A stretch of 24,000 nucleotides of DNA from Candidatus Terraquivivens tengchongensis. GTDB lineage: Archaea; Thermoproteota; Nitrososphaeria_A; Caldarchaeales; Wolframiiraptoraceae. The stretch is taken from NCBI GenBank assembly GCA_023261845.1, contig JALNJZ010000001.1, positions 84,405 to 108,404 on the forward strand, written 5' to 3'. A model generated the notes under the pieces. It was given only the letters and a program-made list of their open reading frames with translations. It was not told where the DNA came from and searched no databases. A program made the translations under genes and the position numbers. Positions 1 through 9,631 of this stretch are shown one piece after another (position 1 is the stretch's first letter; every line of letters starts with the position of its first letter).

Positions 1-174
1 AAGAGAAGAGAGATCTACTATGAACTACAGGCGATATATTATGAAGACGTGCCAAGCATCGTATTACAGCAACCACTTGGCCGCCACTACGAGCGCGATT
101 GGGTCCAAGGATGGTACTATAACCCAATATATCCAGGCATCTACTTCTATGCCCTATCAAAGGGGTACGAATAG
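1..174 (+). CDS. ABC transporter substrate-binding protein (peptide/nickel family), C-terminal fragment entering from upstream
   Basis: Frame 1 is open from base 1 to TAG at 172-174. The translation ...EIYYELQAIYYEDVPSIVLQQPLGRHYERDWVQGWYYNPIYPGIYFYALSKGYE looks like the C-terminal tail of OppA/DppA-type binding proteins. It lies directly upstream of cognate permease and ATPase genes, and a T-rich tract follows the stop. Confidence 0.7.
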   Translation, partial: KRREIYYELQAIYYEDVPSIVLQQPLGRHYERDWVQGWYYNPIYPGIYFYALSKGYE

Positions 175-260
175 TACATAACCATAACAACACCTTTTTT
201 ATTCTTATTGTCATCGAAACGTAAAATAACACTTAAATATGCAGTCAAATTCGTTAAAAG

Positions 261-1303
261 TTGAACTTGAGTACAAACCTCCGAACATTCCTTATTCGTA
301 GGTTAATATTGGTCATACCCACACTTTTGGGCATATCCCTTTTGATCTTCGGGGTAACCCAGTTATTCGACCCAATCGAGCGCGCCTCTCTTTATATACG
401 GGACCCAAGACAGATAAGATTCGTTGAGGAGATTATAAAAAATATGGATTAGACCAGCCCTTTTACGTCCAATATTTTGGTTGGTTGAGTCAAGTTCTTC
501 AAGGGAACCTTGGTTGGTCTCAATCACTTCACATGCCAGTTTTGGAAGCGCTGATAACGAGGTTTCCTGCAACTGCCGAGTTAGTTTTATATTCCGCTCC
601 TTTGACAATCGTTCTCGGTATATTCTTAGGAAAGATATCAGCTGTGAAAAGGGATACTGTAATAGACCACGTAACAAGGGTCATGGCTATAGTCGGCTGG
701 TCGCTCCCAGCATTCTGGCTTGGAATAATTTTGATGGCCGTATTCTATGGTGGATTTGGCATTTTCCCGCCTGGAAGGTTAAGCCCTTGGGCTGAGGCAA
801 TGATACGTTCTGGGAAGTTTAAAGCTTACACGGGACTTTATACCATTGATGCAATCCTGAATCTTAACGGTGATGTTTTCATTGATGCCTTATCCCATCT
901 GGTTCTCCCAGTCATAACCTTGACGACGATCAACGTGGCGTTGATAATGAGGGTGATGCGTTCAAGCATGCTTGAACAACTTGGAAAGACCTATATAATC
1001 GCCGCCAGGGCTAGAGGTCTAGATAGTAAGACGGTCATTGATAAACATGCCACTAAAAACGCTTTGATACCAGTGGTAACAATTTCAGGATTGCTTACGG
1101 CCGGAATGCTTTCGGGGATGGTAATCACCGAGACCGTATTCGAATTTAAGGGTGTTGGATACTTTGCGGCCCACGCTGCGACTCAGCTTGATATACCTGC
1201 CGTGTTGGGATTTGCCTTATTCGCAGGGCTCATCTTCGTAATAGCTAACCTAATAGTAGACATCCTTTATGCATACATAGATCCAAGAATTAGGCTAAGG
1301 TGA
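261..1303 (+). pseudogene. ABC transporter permease (OppB/DppB-like), frame interrupted by a 1-nt frameshift in an A6 run (ORF fragments 261-452 and 485-1303)
   Basis: Fragment 261-452 encodes the typical N-terminus (FLIRRLILVIPTLLGISLLIF...) and stops at TAG 450-452. The other frame is open from 428 and reads KKYGLDQPFYVQYFGWLSQVLQGNLGW..., followed by the full permease core. Joining at ATAAAAAAT (435-443) gives one contiguous permease of about 347 aa. Confidence 0.8.
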
Positions 1304-1310
1304 AACTGCG

Positions 1311-2230
1311 ATGAAAACAAGAGTAGAGACAAAAGAAAGTCCCAGGCTTAAAGAGTTAAAGTTTATTGTAAGAAGAATCAGGGAAAACCCGCTGTCCTTA
1401 GCAGGATTAGTAATAATCATCTTTTTCACGATCATAGCCATAACAGCTCCGGTGCTCGCACCCCCGCGGCCCGGGCGTGATCCGTACATCATTCCCAGAT
1501 CAGGCTACTTCCCGGAACCACAACCCCAAATCTAGAACATCCCTTTGGAACAACCGAAGGGCAGTACGATCTATACTATGGTGTGATTTGGGGGACTAGG
1601 ACGGCTTACAGGATCGGGGTTTTAGTTGTTGCCGTAAGCGCTCTTATAGGAATCATTGTTGGAAGCTTGGCGGGCTACTATAAAGGAGTTGTAGACGAGG
1701 TGCTTATGCGTTTAACAGACATAATACTAGCGTTTCCAGGGCTGATACTTGCTATGGCGTTAGTTGTTGCATTCGGCCCTGGATTAGATAGCATAACACT
1801 CGCATTAATCTTGGTTGGATGGCCTACCTATGCTCGGCTTATTAGAGGGGAATTTCTAAGAATAACTTCAGAGGATTTTGTAGAGGCGGCAAAGGCCATA
1901 GGTTGCTCAGATTTCAGGATCATAGTTAGGCACGTCCTACCTAACGCAGTTTTTCCACTCCTGATAGTAGCCTCGCTTGATATAGGCGCGATAGTGATAA
2001 CCGCTGCTGCATTAAGCTTCTTAGGTTTAGGAGCGCCTGAAGGATATGCGGACTGGGGTCAGCTTATCTCTCTCTCAAGAAACTGGATTACTGGGACATC
2101 CGGGAATCCATTTGCATATTGGCACGTGTATGTGATTCCTGGGCTTTTCCTCTTCCTGTTTGTTATGGGCTGGAATCTTCTCGGAGACGCATTTAGAGAC
2201 GTATTAGATCCAATGATCCGGAGGAAGTGA
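1311..2230 (+). pseudogene. ABC transporter permease (OppC/DppC-like), frame interrupted by a 1-nt frameshift in a C4 run (ORF fragments 1311-1535 and 1583-2230)
   Basis: Fragment 1311-1535 encodes the N-terminal TM helix and the start of the extracellular loop (...PRSGYFPEPQP), ending at TAG 1533-1535. The other frame is open from 1481 and reads ...PNLEHPFGTTEGQYDLYYGVIWGTRTAYRIG..., the conserved continuation. The junction is at CCCC 1524-1527. Confidence 0.8.
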
Positions 2231-3471
2231 AGAGGCTGACTCTAGAAACCTTAGATAATGAAGAATTGTTGAGTGTCAAGGACTTAGTCGTCCGATTCTA
2301 TACGTATGAGGGCATAGTGAAGGCCGTTGAGAGGGCGAACCTAAAGCTGAGAAAGGGCGAGACTCTAGGAATCGTGGGTGAGACTGGGAGTGGAAAATCC
2401 GTAACCGCCTTCACGATAATAGCCTTAACTCCTTCTCCAGGTAGGGTTGAGGGTGGAGCCGTATATTTCAGAAGGGCTCAAGGAGATGTTGTAAATATCA
2501 TCAAGCTCAAAGAGGTTGAGTTGCTGAGAATTAGAGGTAAAGAGGTCTCTATGATTTTCCAAGAACCTAATGCTGCTCTAGACCCACTTTACAGGGTCGG
2601 AGATCAGATAGCTGAAGCAATACTCTCCCACAGACTGCCCGAGATTCTTGAGAACGTAATAAAGTTTGTCGAGGGGGAGCTGAGAAGAGGGCGCAGTGGA
2701 TTCGGAGCGAGGCTGGAACTTTGGGCCTACCGAAAGATGCTTGAAAATCCGAAATCCGCAATCCTAGCAATTCTACGGAGGATTCCTATAATCAAAAACT
2801 TGATGACTCGCAGACTTAAACATGTCGTTCGAGAAGAGATTATTGAACTCCTCAAGCTCATGGAAATACCTGACCCTGAAAGAATTATCGAGGCCTATCC
2901 CCACGAGCTAAGCGGAGGAATGCAACAAAGAATAATGATAGCCATAGCTTTGGCTTGCTCACCTGTTTTGTTACTCGCAGATGAACCTACCACTAACTTA
3001 GACGTGACTGTTCAAGCCCAAATAATTGACTTGATCATGAGATTAAAAAACAAGCTCAATATGTCCATAATTTACATCACCCATGACATGGGAGTCATAG
3101 CTGAGATAAGTGACAGAGTTGCAGTAATGTACGCTGGAAACCTCGTGGAAGTTGCTCCTGTTAAGGAGCTCTTCAATAACCCCCTTCACCCATACACAAG
3201 GGCTCTCCTAGAGTCCATACCTAGACCGGGCTCCCCGTTCAAATCGATTCCAGGGACTATTCCAAACCTTGTGAACCCCCCGAGTGGATGCAGATTCCAT
3301 CCGAGGTGTCCCTACGTTAGGGAGGCTTGTAAACTTGAGGTTCCCGAGCTTGTCAAAGTATCTGAAGATCATTACGTAGCTTGCTTGCTTTATGATGGTG
3401 AGATATATGGGAAATATGGTGGTCACGGTAGATCTGAAGAAATACTTTCCGATAAGAGGCGGAATATTTAG
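2227..3471 (+). CDS. ABC transporter ATP-binding protein (OppD/DppD-like) with C-terminal oligopeptide-transporter Cys motif
   Basis: Walker A GETGSGKS, signature LSGGMQQR and Walker B LLLADEPTTNLD are present, plus the C-terminal HPYTRALL...PPSGCRFHPRCP motif. The start overlaps the permease stop (GTGA at 2227-2230). There are about 50 extra residues between the Q-loop region and the signature motif. Confidence 0.9.
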   Translation: MKRLTLETLDNEELLSVKDLVVRFYTYEGIVKAVERANLKLRKGETLGIVGETGSGKSVTAFTIIALTPSPGRVEGGAVYFRRAQGDVVNIIKLKEVELLRIRGKEVSMIFQEPNAALDPLYRVGDQIAEAILSHRLPEILENVIKFVEGELRRGRSGFGARLELWAYRKMLENPKSAILAILRRIPIIKNLMTRRLKHVVREEIIELLKLMEIPDPERIIEAYPHELSGGMQQRIMIAIALACSPVLLLADEPTTNLDVTVQAQIIDLIMRLKNKLNMSIIYITHDMGVIAEISDRVAVMYAGNLVEVAPVKELFNNPLHPYTRALLESIPRPGSPFKSIPGTIPNLVNPPSGCRFHPRCPYVREACKLEVPELVKVSEDHYVACLLYDGEIYGKYGGHGRSEEILSDKRRNI

Positions 3472-4420
3472 CAAGAAGGTAGGCGAAGTTAAAGCCGTAG
3501 ATGGCGTAACCCTAGCGATAAAGTCAGGAGAGACTTTGGGTCTTGTAGGCGAATCAGGGTGCGGAAAGACCACCTTTGGAAAGACCGTCATAAGACTTCT
3601 CGACCCAGATGGAGGGAAAATCTTTTTCGATCCTGAAGGGGTTCTTTCAGATAATCCACAGATTGAAGAGAATGCAAAAAATCACGATATCACGAATGTC
3701 AAGGGAAGGAGGCTCAAATTATTAAGGAAATATATGCAAATAGTCTACCAAAATCCATCAACATCGCTTAACCCAAGGATGCTGGTGAAGGATATTGTCG
3801 CCGAACCTCTAATAGTTCATGGAATTTGTAAAGGAAAAGAAGCTGATGAACGTGTTCTAAAAATGCTTGAGAAAGTCGGTCTCTCGAGAGAGCATCTATA
3901 TAGGTATCCACACGAGTTCAGCGGAGGTCAGAAACAGAGGATAGCAATAGCAAGAGCTTTAATAACACATCCAAAATTCGTCGTCCTAGATGAGCCGACG
4001 TCGTCCGTAGATGTATCAGTAAGAGCATCATTAATAGAGTTGTTTAAAGATCTCCAGAGAAGGATGGGGTTGACTTATCTTTTTATTAGTCATGATCTAT
4101 CAATAATTGAGACTATTAGCACAAGGGTTGTTGTTATGTATCTTGGGAAGATCGTTGAGGTCGCGGAGACCGAAGAGATCTTCAAATCTCCTCTTCACCC
4201 ATACACACAAGCCTTGTTCTCTGCAATTCCTATACCAAATCCTGAGATAAAGCGTAAGAGGATAATCCTCCATGGAGAGCCGCCGAGTCCAGCCAACCCT
4301 CCAAGTGGGTGCAGATTCCATCCGAGGTGCGCTTATAAAGAGGATGTTTGCGAACATTGTGAACCGGAACTTTTTGAGGTCAGGCCTGGTCATCTAGTTG
4401 CATGTCACCTCTATTCATAA
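3392..4420 (+). CDS. ABC transporter ATP-binding protein (OppF/DppF-like)
   Basis: Walker A GESGCGKT, signature FSGGQKQR and Walker B VVLDEPTSSVD are present, plus C-terminal HPYTQALF...PPSGCRFHPRC. The true start may be ATG 3407 or 3416 (MVVTVDLKKYFPIRGG...). The ORF overlaps the 3' end of the preceding ATPase gene. Confidence 0.9.
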   Translation: MMVRYMGNMVVTVDLKKYFPIRGGIFSKKVGEVKAVDGVTLAIKSGETLGLVGESGCGKTTFGKTVIRLLDPDGGKIFFDPEGVLSDNPQIEENAKNHDITNVKGRRLKLLRKYMQIVYQNPSTSLNPRMLVKDIVAEPLIVHGICKGKEADERVLKMLEKVGLSREHLYRYPHEFSGGQKQRIAIARALITHPKFVVLDEPTSSVDVSVRASLIELFKDLQRRMGLTYLFISHDLSIIETISTRVVVMYLGKIVEVAETEEIFKSPLHPYTQALFSAIPIPNPEIKRKRIILHGEPPSPANPPSGCRFHPRCAYKEDVCEHCEPELFEVRPGHLVACHLYS

Positions 4421-4509
4421 AGGCTTTTCTTCCCAGTATTGTTAATGACCTCAGGTAGCTTACTTGTTTAAAAGAAAGGCCATTATTCAATGAAAGGATA
4501 GATTTCTCA

Positions 4510-5484
4510 TTATTTCTTTTTGGCCATTGTAGCTAGTTTAGCAAGGAAACTCATAATCTGTACTTCTTCCGATGCGCCCTCCGCTATCCTGTAGTCAACC
4601 TCGCCCAGGATGTCGAGTAGCTCAACTTTTGATTCCTCTGAGATATTGAGTGCAAAAATCTCCCTGTATATTGCTGAGATGAGGTCTCTACCAGCTATTC
4701 CTTGCAGGTATAGAATAGCCCTGAGGGCGTCCCTTGCTTCTACGAACTTGCCAGACATTGCGTATTCTAGTATTCTCCTTACATCGCCCCTACTCACATA
4801 CCCTATAACTGTGTAAACAGCTTTTTCATCTACCTTCTTTCCGAGCGTAGAGGCCGCTTGTAGGATGTTTATGCATTTTCTCATATCTCCCTGCGCGAAG
4901 TCATATATGGCATCGATTGCCTCGTCGTCTATCTCCAAACCTTCTGACTTAGCTATCTTCTTCAAATGGGATGCCACATCGGTCTTCGTAAGAGGTTTGA
5001 ACCTAAAGACTGCACATCTTGATTGTATCGGTTCGATTATTCTGTTGCTATAATTGGCCACGAGTATGAACCTGCACGTCGAAGAGAATTGCTCCATCAC
5101 ACGTCTAAAAGCATGTTGAGCGTCATCCGTAAGCTGGTCACTTTCATCCAAGAGAAGTATCCTGAAGCCCACACCACTGAATGGAATAGACCTCGCGTAC
5201 ATCTTTACCTTTTCACGAATCGTTGCTATGCCTCGTTCATCGGACGCGTTGATTTCCACAAATAGACCATCTTTTATGTAACCCTCACCATACAGATCTC
5301 TTGCAAATGCATGAGCTGTCGCAGTCTTCCCTGTGCCGGGTGGTCCCGTGAACAGCATATGTGGAACTGCCTTTGTCTTAAGTATGTTTTTTAGGCTGGA
5401 AACTACCTCATGCTGGTTTACTATCTCGTCGAGTGTCGTGGGTCTATACTTTTCAATCCAAGGCAGCATACTTACCGTAGACAA
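4510..5484 (-). CDS. rfcS: Replication factor C small subunit (clamp loader AAA+ ATPase)
   Basis: PWIEKYRP N-terminus, Walker A GPPGTGKT, Walker B LLLDESDQLT, and the SRC motif (IQSRCAVFRF). The length of 324 aa is typical and there is no intein. Confidence 0.92.
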   Translation of the reverse strand: MSTVSMLPWIEKYRPTTLDEIVNQHEVVSSLKNILKTKAVPHMLFTGPPGTGKTATAHAFARDLYGEGYIKDGLFVEINASDERGIATIREKVKMYARSIPFSGVGFRILLLDESDQLTDDAQHAFRRVMEQFSSTCRFILVANYSNRIIEPIQSRCAVFRFKPLTKTDVASHLKKIAKSEGLEIDDEAIDAIYDFAQGDMRKCINILQAASTLGKKVDEKAVYTVIGYVSRGDVRRILEYAMSGKFVEARDALRAILYLQGIAGRDLISAIYREIFALNISEESKVELLDILGEVDYRIAEGASEEVQIMSFLAKLATMAKKK

Positions 5485-5596
5485 CCCACAACCAGCTTGA
5501 TTGGTATAACGACGTATAATAAAGGTTACTTTGGGAAGTTTTACTATTTTGAATCTATACTTTTATATTACATTATTTTTTATTTAGGTTACTAAG

Positions 5597-5887
5597 ATGG
5601 TGACTGAAAGAAACTTATCCTGTATTTGTGGTGCAACTGTTGATGTCTCTTCGCTTATCGTAGAAAGGATTGGGGAAGAATATTACAAGATAGTATGTCC
5701 GTCACCGAAGTGTCCTCTACGTGAGTTAGGCTTTGTAAAAGTTATTTGTCACTCAAATCCAAAGTTTGAGGTAAAACTTTCGAGGATGTTTAAAGATTGG
5801 AATGTCCTACTTGTCGGTAGGGAAAGTTGTGACAGACTCGTACGCGACTTGCTGAAGCAAATATCTTTAAAGCTTAGAAAGTTCTAA
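5597..5887 (+). CDS. Hypothetical small protein with a possible CxC...Cx4C zinc-ribbon
   Basis: 96-aa ORF divergent from rfcS across an A/T-rich promoter-like spacer. It has Cys pairs CIC and CPSPKC. I recognise no family. Confidence 0.45.
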   Translation: MVTERNLSCICGATVDVSSLIVERIGEEYYKIVCPSPKCPLRELGFVKVICHSNPKFEVKLSRMFKDWNVLLVGRESCDRLVRDLLKQISLKLRKF

Positions 5888-6038
5888 ACATGTTGAACAT
5901 AACTTTTGTGGATTATAACGGGCGAGAAGGACAATGATGAAGTTGGAATAAAACCACTTTTGCCCACAACCATAATCGAGACACATAGCACGACTTAGCT
6001 GTCGTTAAAATAACAGCGTTAAAAAGTTATATTGCACT

Positions 6039-6398
6039 ATGAATCATAATTTGTATATGCGGCTCATATTCAAAAAGGCATACGGCTTTTGTAACCCAAG
6101 CACCCTACTGGATGATATTAAACGTGTTCTCACTAACTATGGCGCACATATAAAAAACATAGAAAAGAGTGGAAAACAGGCTTGGAACGTATCCGCAGAG
6201 AAAGAGGGCGTAAACATCCTTGCTAAGCTCTCTTACACAAGCTTACCGATAAAGGAGCAGCCTGCATTTCGCTCAAGCGGCCTTTCTGGATACATCTCAA
6301 TATGTGAGGTTGAATTGTACAGTAGTGGGGATGAAAACTTCAACGAAGCATTTAGGAGAAGGTTCGAGCTCGGGTTGTTCAGGGCTGGAGGAATTTAA
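6039..6398 (+). CDS. Hypothetical protein
   Basis: 119-aa ORF with an A/T-rich TATA-like tract about 25-30 nt upstream of the ATG. I recognise no family. Confidence 0.4.
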   Translation: MNHNLYMRLIFKKAYGFCNPSTLLDDIKRVLTNYGAHIKNIEKSGKQAWNVSAEKEGVNILAKLSYTSLPIKEQPAFRSSGLSGYISICEVELYSSGDENFNEAFRRRFELGLFRAGGI

Positions 6399-6590
6399 TT
6401 AACAGGTAGATACAATCCTAGTCAAGCTAAAAAGCTACAAATGGACTTGAAGTTTCACAAAAGCTTGAACTTAATCCGTAGGTTCTTCTTTTCTAAGTTG
6501 ATAAAATGGCAGTAAGTTGAAAATACCTCATTACCTTCGGAATAACTCTCGCATCTTTTGTGATGGAAGTTTTGTGTAAAAATCATAAAG

Positions 6591-6625
6591 ACTATGGGTT
6601 TTCAGCCCTTTCCACTTCCTAGGGA
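6591..6625 (-). other. 16S 3' trailer strand of the pre-rRNA processing stem (bulge-helix-bulge motif)
   Basis: 6591-6608 is the perfect reverse complement of 8222-8239 (18 bp). 6612-6615 pairs with 8218-8221 (4 bp), and 6616-6625 pairs with 8205-8214 (10 bp). 6609-6611 is an unpaired 3-nt bulge. Confidence 0.85.
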
Positions 6626-6655
6626 CGTTCTCCAGGCAGGGAAGCACATTAACGG

Positions 6656-8181
<1,526 letters not shown>

Positions 8182-8204
8182 CAAGCCTGGAGAAGTACGC
8201 CGCA

Positions 8205-8239
8205 TCCCTAGGAATTTGTGGGGGCTGAAAACCCATAGT
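8205..8239 (-). other. 16S 5' leader strand of the pre-rRNA processing stem (bulge-helix-bulge motif)
   Basis: Partner strand of 6591-6625, with a 3-nt bulge at 8215-8217 on the opposite strand. That bulge is separated from the other by exactly 4 bp, the canonical substrate geometry of the archaeal splicing endonuclease. Confidence 0.85.
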
Positions 8240-8390
8240 TAGACCCAAGCATCCTAACGCTTAGGTCCTCATCTTGTCCCACGGCTAGGAGGCCGCCCTT
8301 ACATCTGATGGGCTTTCACGCCCCTATACGTTCGAGGGCGGTACCGCCGTCGAGCCGTGGAGTTTCGCACATTATTGTAATCATCGCCTG

Positions 8391-8425
8391 TTTATATATA
8401 TTTTGCATAAATATGTTTAAAACGT
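8391..8425 (-). promoter_or_regulatory. Putative 16S rRNA promoter (TATA-like A/T tract)
   Basis: This is the only strongly A/T-rich tract between tRNA-His and the GC-rich 16S leader. The minus strand reads ...CATATTTATGCAAAATATATATAAACAGG. The assignment is positional and the transcription start site is not determined. Confidence 0.35.
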
Positions 8426-8493
8426 TCCTAGAACTTAAATGTCAACTATAAGCCTTTTGCTTTTCATACACCTTCGACTGTTTTAGGTAAAAG

Positions 8494-8566
8494 GGCCGCG
8501 GCTGGGATTCGAACCCAGGCAGCCGGCTCCACAGGCCGGAAGGCTAACCGCTACCTCACCGCGGCC
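8494..8566 (-). tRNA. tRNA-His (anticodon GUG) with genomically encoded G-1
   Basis: Manual cloverleaf: G-1, acceptor GCCGCGG/CCGCGGC, D stem AGGU/GCCU, anticodon stem CCGGC/GCCGG with loop CUGUGGA, T arm CUGGG-UUCGAAU-CCCAG, and discriminator C pairing with G-1. No intron and no encoded CCA. An oligo-T follows the 3' end, and a TATA-like TTTTTAATAAATAAG lies about 25 nt upstream. Confidence 0.92.
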
Positions 8567-8659
8567 AACCGCGGTCGCTTATTTATTAAAAAAGCTTCTC
8601 CTTAAGCCTTTCACCAGTCGTCTTTTGTATAAAAAATGTTAAGAAAATATTGCGGTCGA

Positions 8660-8950
8660 TTATCCGCTTTTGCGCAGCACACCCTTAGGGTCTTTGATTA
8701 TCAACACTATTTCCCAGACTATCAACGCAAATATTAGAAGGATGAAGCCGAGAACAGTAGCTTCAACGGACATCTCGAGGAATGCTCCACCCTCCATGAG
8801 GTAGCCCATGACGTGGTCAATGAAGACCATTATAGTCGCGCCCCAGAATATTAGGCTCAACAGCTTTAACATATAGACGTCATTTTCAGCTTTGGAGTAC
8901 CAGATCGCTGTCGAGAGGGTAGCCGCCATCGCCAACACTACGAGCCACAT
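8660..8950 (-). CDS. Small integral membrane protein (about 3 TM helices), paralog of 9022-9387
   Basis: 96-aa ORF with three hydrophobic segments. It shares the pattern L..L...(F/L)WG(A/G).I.....(D/E)HV...G with the divergent neighbour. Confidence 0.6.
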   Translation of the reverse strand: MWLVVLAMAATLSTAIWYSKAENDVYMLKLLSLIFWGATIMVFIDHVMGYLMEGGAFLEMSVEATVLGFILLIFALIVWEIVLIIKDPKGVLRKSG

Positions 8951-9021
8951 AAGCTTAAGCTTAATGTTACGTTTATATAGGTGTTACTATTCTTAAATTT
9001 AGTATTACAGAGGGTGTAAAG

Positions 9022-9387
9022 ATGGCGTGCTTTCTAGTTCCGATGGTGCTGGCGATCATAACATCGCTCGTCCAAAAGACTGCACGAAACTTGGCTGGAA
9101 AAATTAAACTCTGGATCCTCAACGTATTGCTTTGGGGCGGAGTGATATTGCTGGCTGTCGAACACGTCTGGCATGGCGAGGTCGTTCCTTGGCCGCCGTT
9201 CCTGACGGCTATGGCAAACCCGGTTGAGATACCAGTAATGCTCCATGAAATGCTCACGGTAGGCATAACAATGTCCGTCGTGACTTTAACAGTGTGGGGA
9301 GCGATACTCGTAGCATCACATTACATGCAGAAGATAGCCGCACTAAGAACAGTTACTCATGTGGAAAAATCGCTTACTCCACGCTAA
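9022..9387 (+). CDS. Small integral membrane protein (about 3 TM helices), paralog of 8660-8950
   Basis: 121-aa ORF with hydrophobic segments and the same WGG.ILLAVEHV motif as the neighbour. The antisense ORFs 8973-9266 and 9034-9246 have no such support. Confidence 0.6.
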   Translation: MACFLVPMVLAIITSLVQKTARNLAGKIKLWILNVLLWGGVILLAVEHVWHGEVVPWPPFLTAMANPVEIPVMLHEMLTVGITMSVVTLTVWGAILVASHYMQKIAALRTVTHVEKSLTPR

Positions 9388-9504
9388 ACTCCTTCTTTTT
9401 ATTTAAGACTGGCATATAATGAAGTTATGAAAGTTCTTGGTTTTACATTTCCTTCGAGATGCACCAGGCCTCCATAGAAGTAGAGATTTTGTGTGATATG
9501 ATAG

Positions 9505-9579
9505 CGGGCCCGGTGGGATTCGAACCCACGACTTACGGCTTAGGAGGCCGCCGCCCTATCCATTCTAGGCCACGGGCCC
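9505..9579 (-). tRNA. tRNA-Arg (anticodon CCU)
   Basis: Manual cloverleaf: acceptor GGGCCCG/CGGGCCC, D stem GCCU/GGGC, anticodon stem GCGGC/GCCGU with loop CUCCUAA, variable loop AAGUC, T arm GUGGG-UUCGAAU-CCCAC, discriminator G. 75 nt, no intron, no encoded CCA. Confidence 0.92.
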
Positions 9580-9602
9580 AAAATTTTTAAGATGATGATG
9601 CG

Positions 9603-9610
9603 TATTTAAG
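9603..9610. promoter_or_regulatory. TATA-like element positioned for both tRNA-Arg (minus) and the TatD gene (plus)
   Basis: TATTTAAG lies about 26 nt from the ATG at 9632 and about 27 nt from the tRNA-Arg 5' end at 9579. Both match the usual archaeal TATA-to-start spacing. The assignment is positional inference only. Confidence 0.4.
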
Positions 9611-9631
9611 CGTAAACCTAGGTTAAGAGCG

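Noticed and set aside
435-1530. Programmed -1 ribosomal frameshifting as the primary explanation for both permease interruptions
   Set aside because: Only the first site resembles a slippery heptamer, and the second (CCC to ACC) does not. I saw no obvious downstream stimulatory hairpin. A third gene in the window is broken in the same way, so error or decay is more parsimonious.
5934-6000. Possible C/D box sRNA (ATGATGA C-box-like heptamer in the intergenic region)
   Set aside because: No CTGA D or D' box and no terminal complementary ends within the next approximately 70 nt. The other TGATGA hits (9591-9600, 11731-11741 minus) also lack a matching D box.
8973-9266. Antisense ORFs 8973-9266 and 9034-9246 opposite the 9022-9387 membrane-protein ORF
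   Set aside because: The plus-strand ORF has coherent TM segments and a motif shared with its paralog. The minus-strand translations have no such features.
8494-9579. Integrated element or genomic island targeted to tRNA-His or tRNA-Arg
   Set aside because: No integrase, no direct repeat of a tRNA 3' end, and no viral or plasmid genes. Only two small membrane-protein genes lie between the tRNAs.
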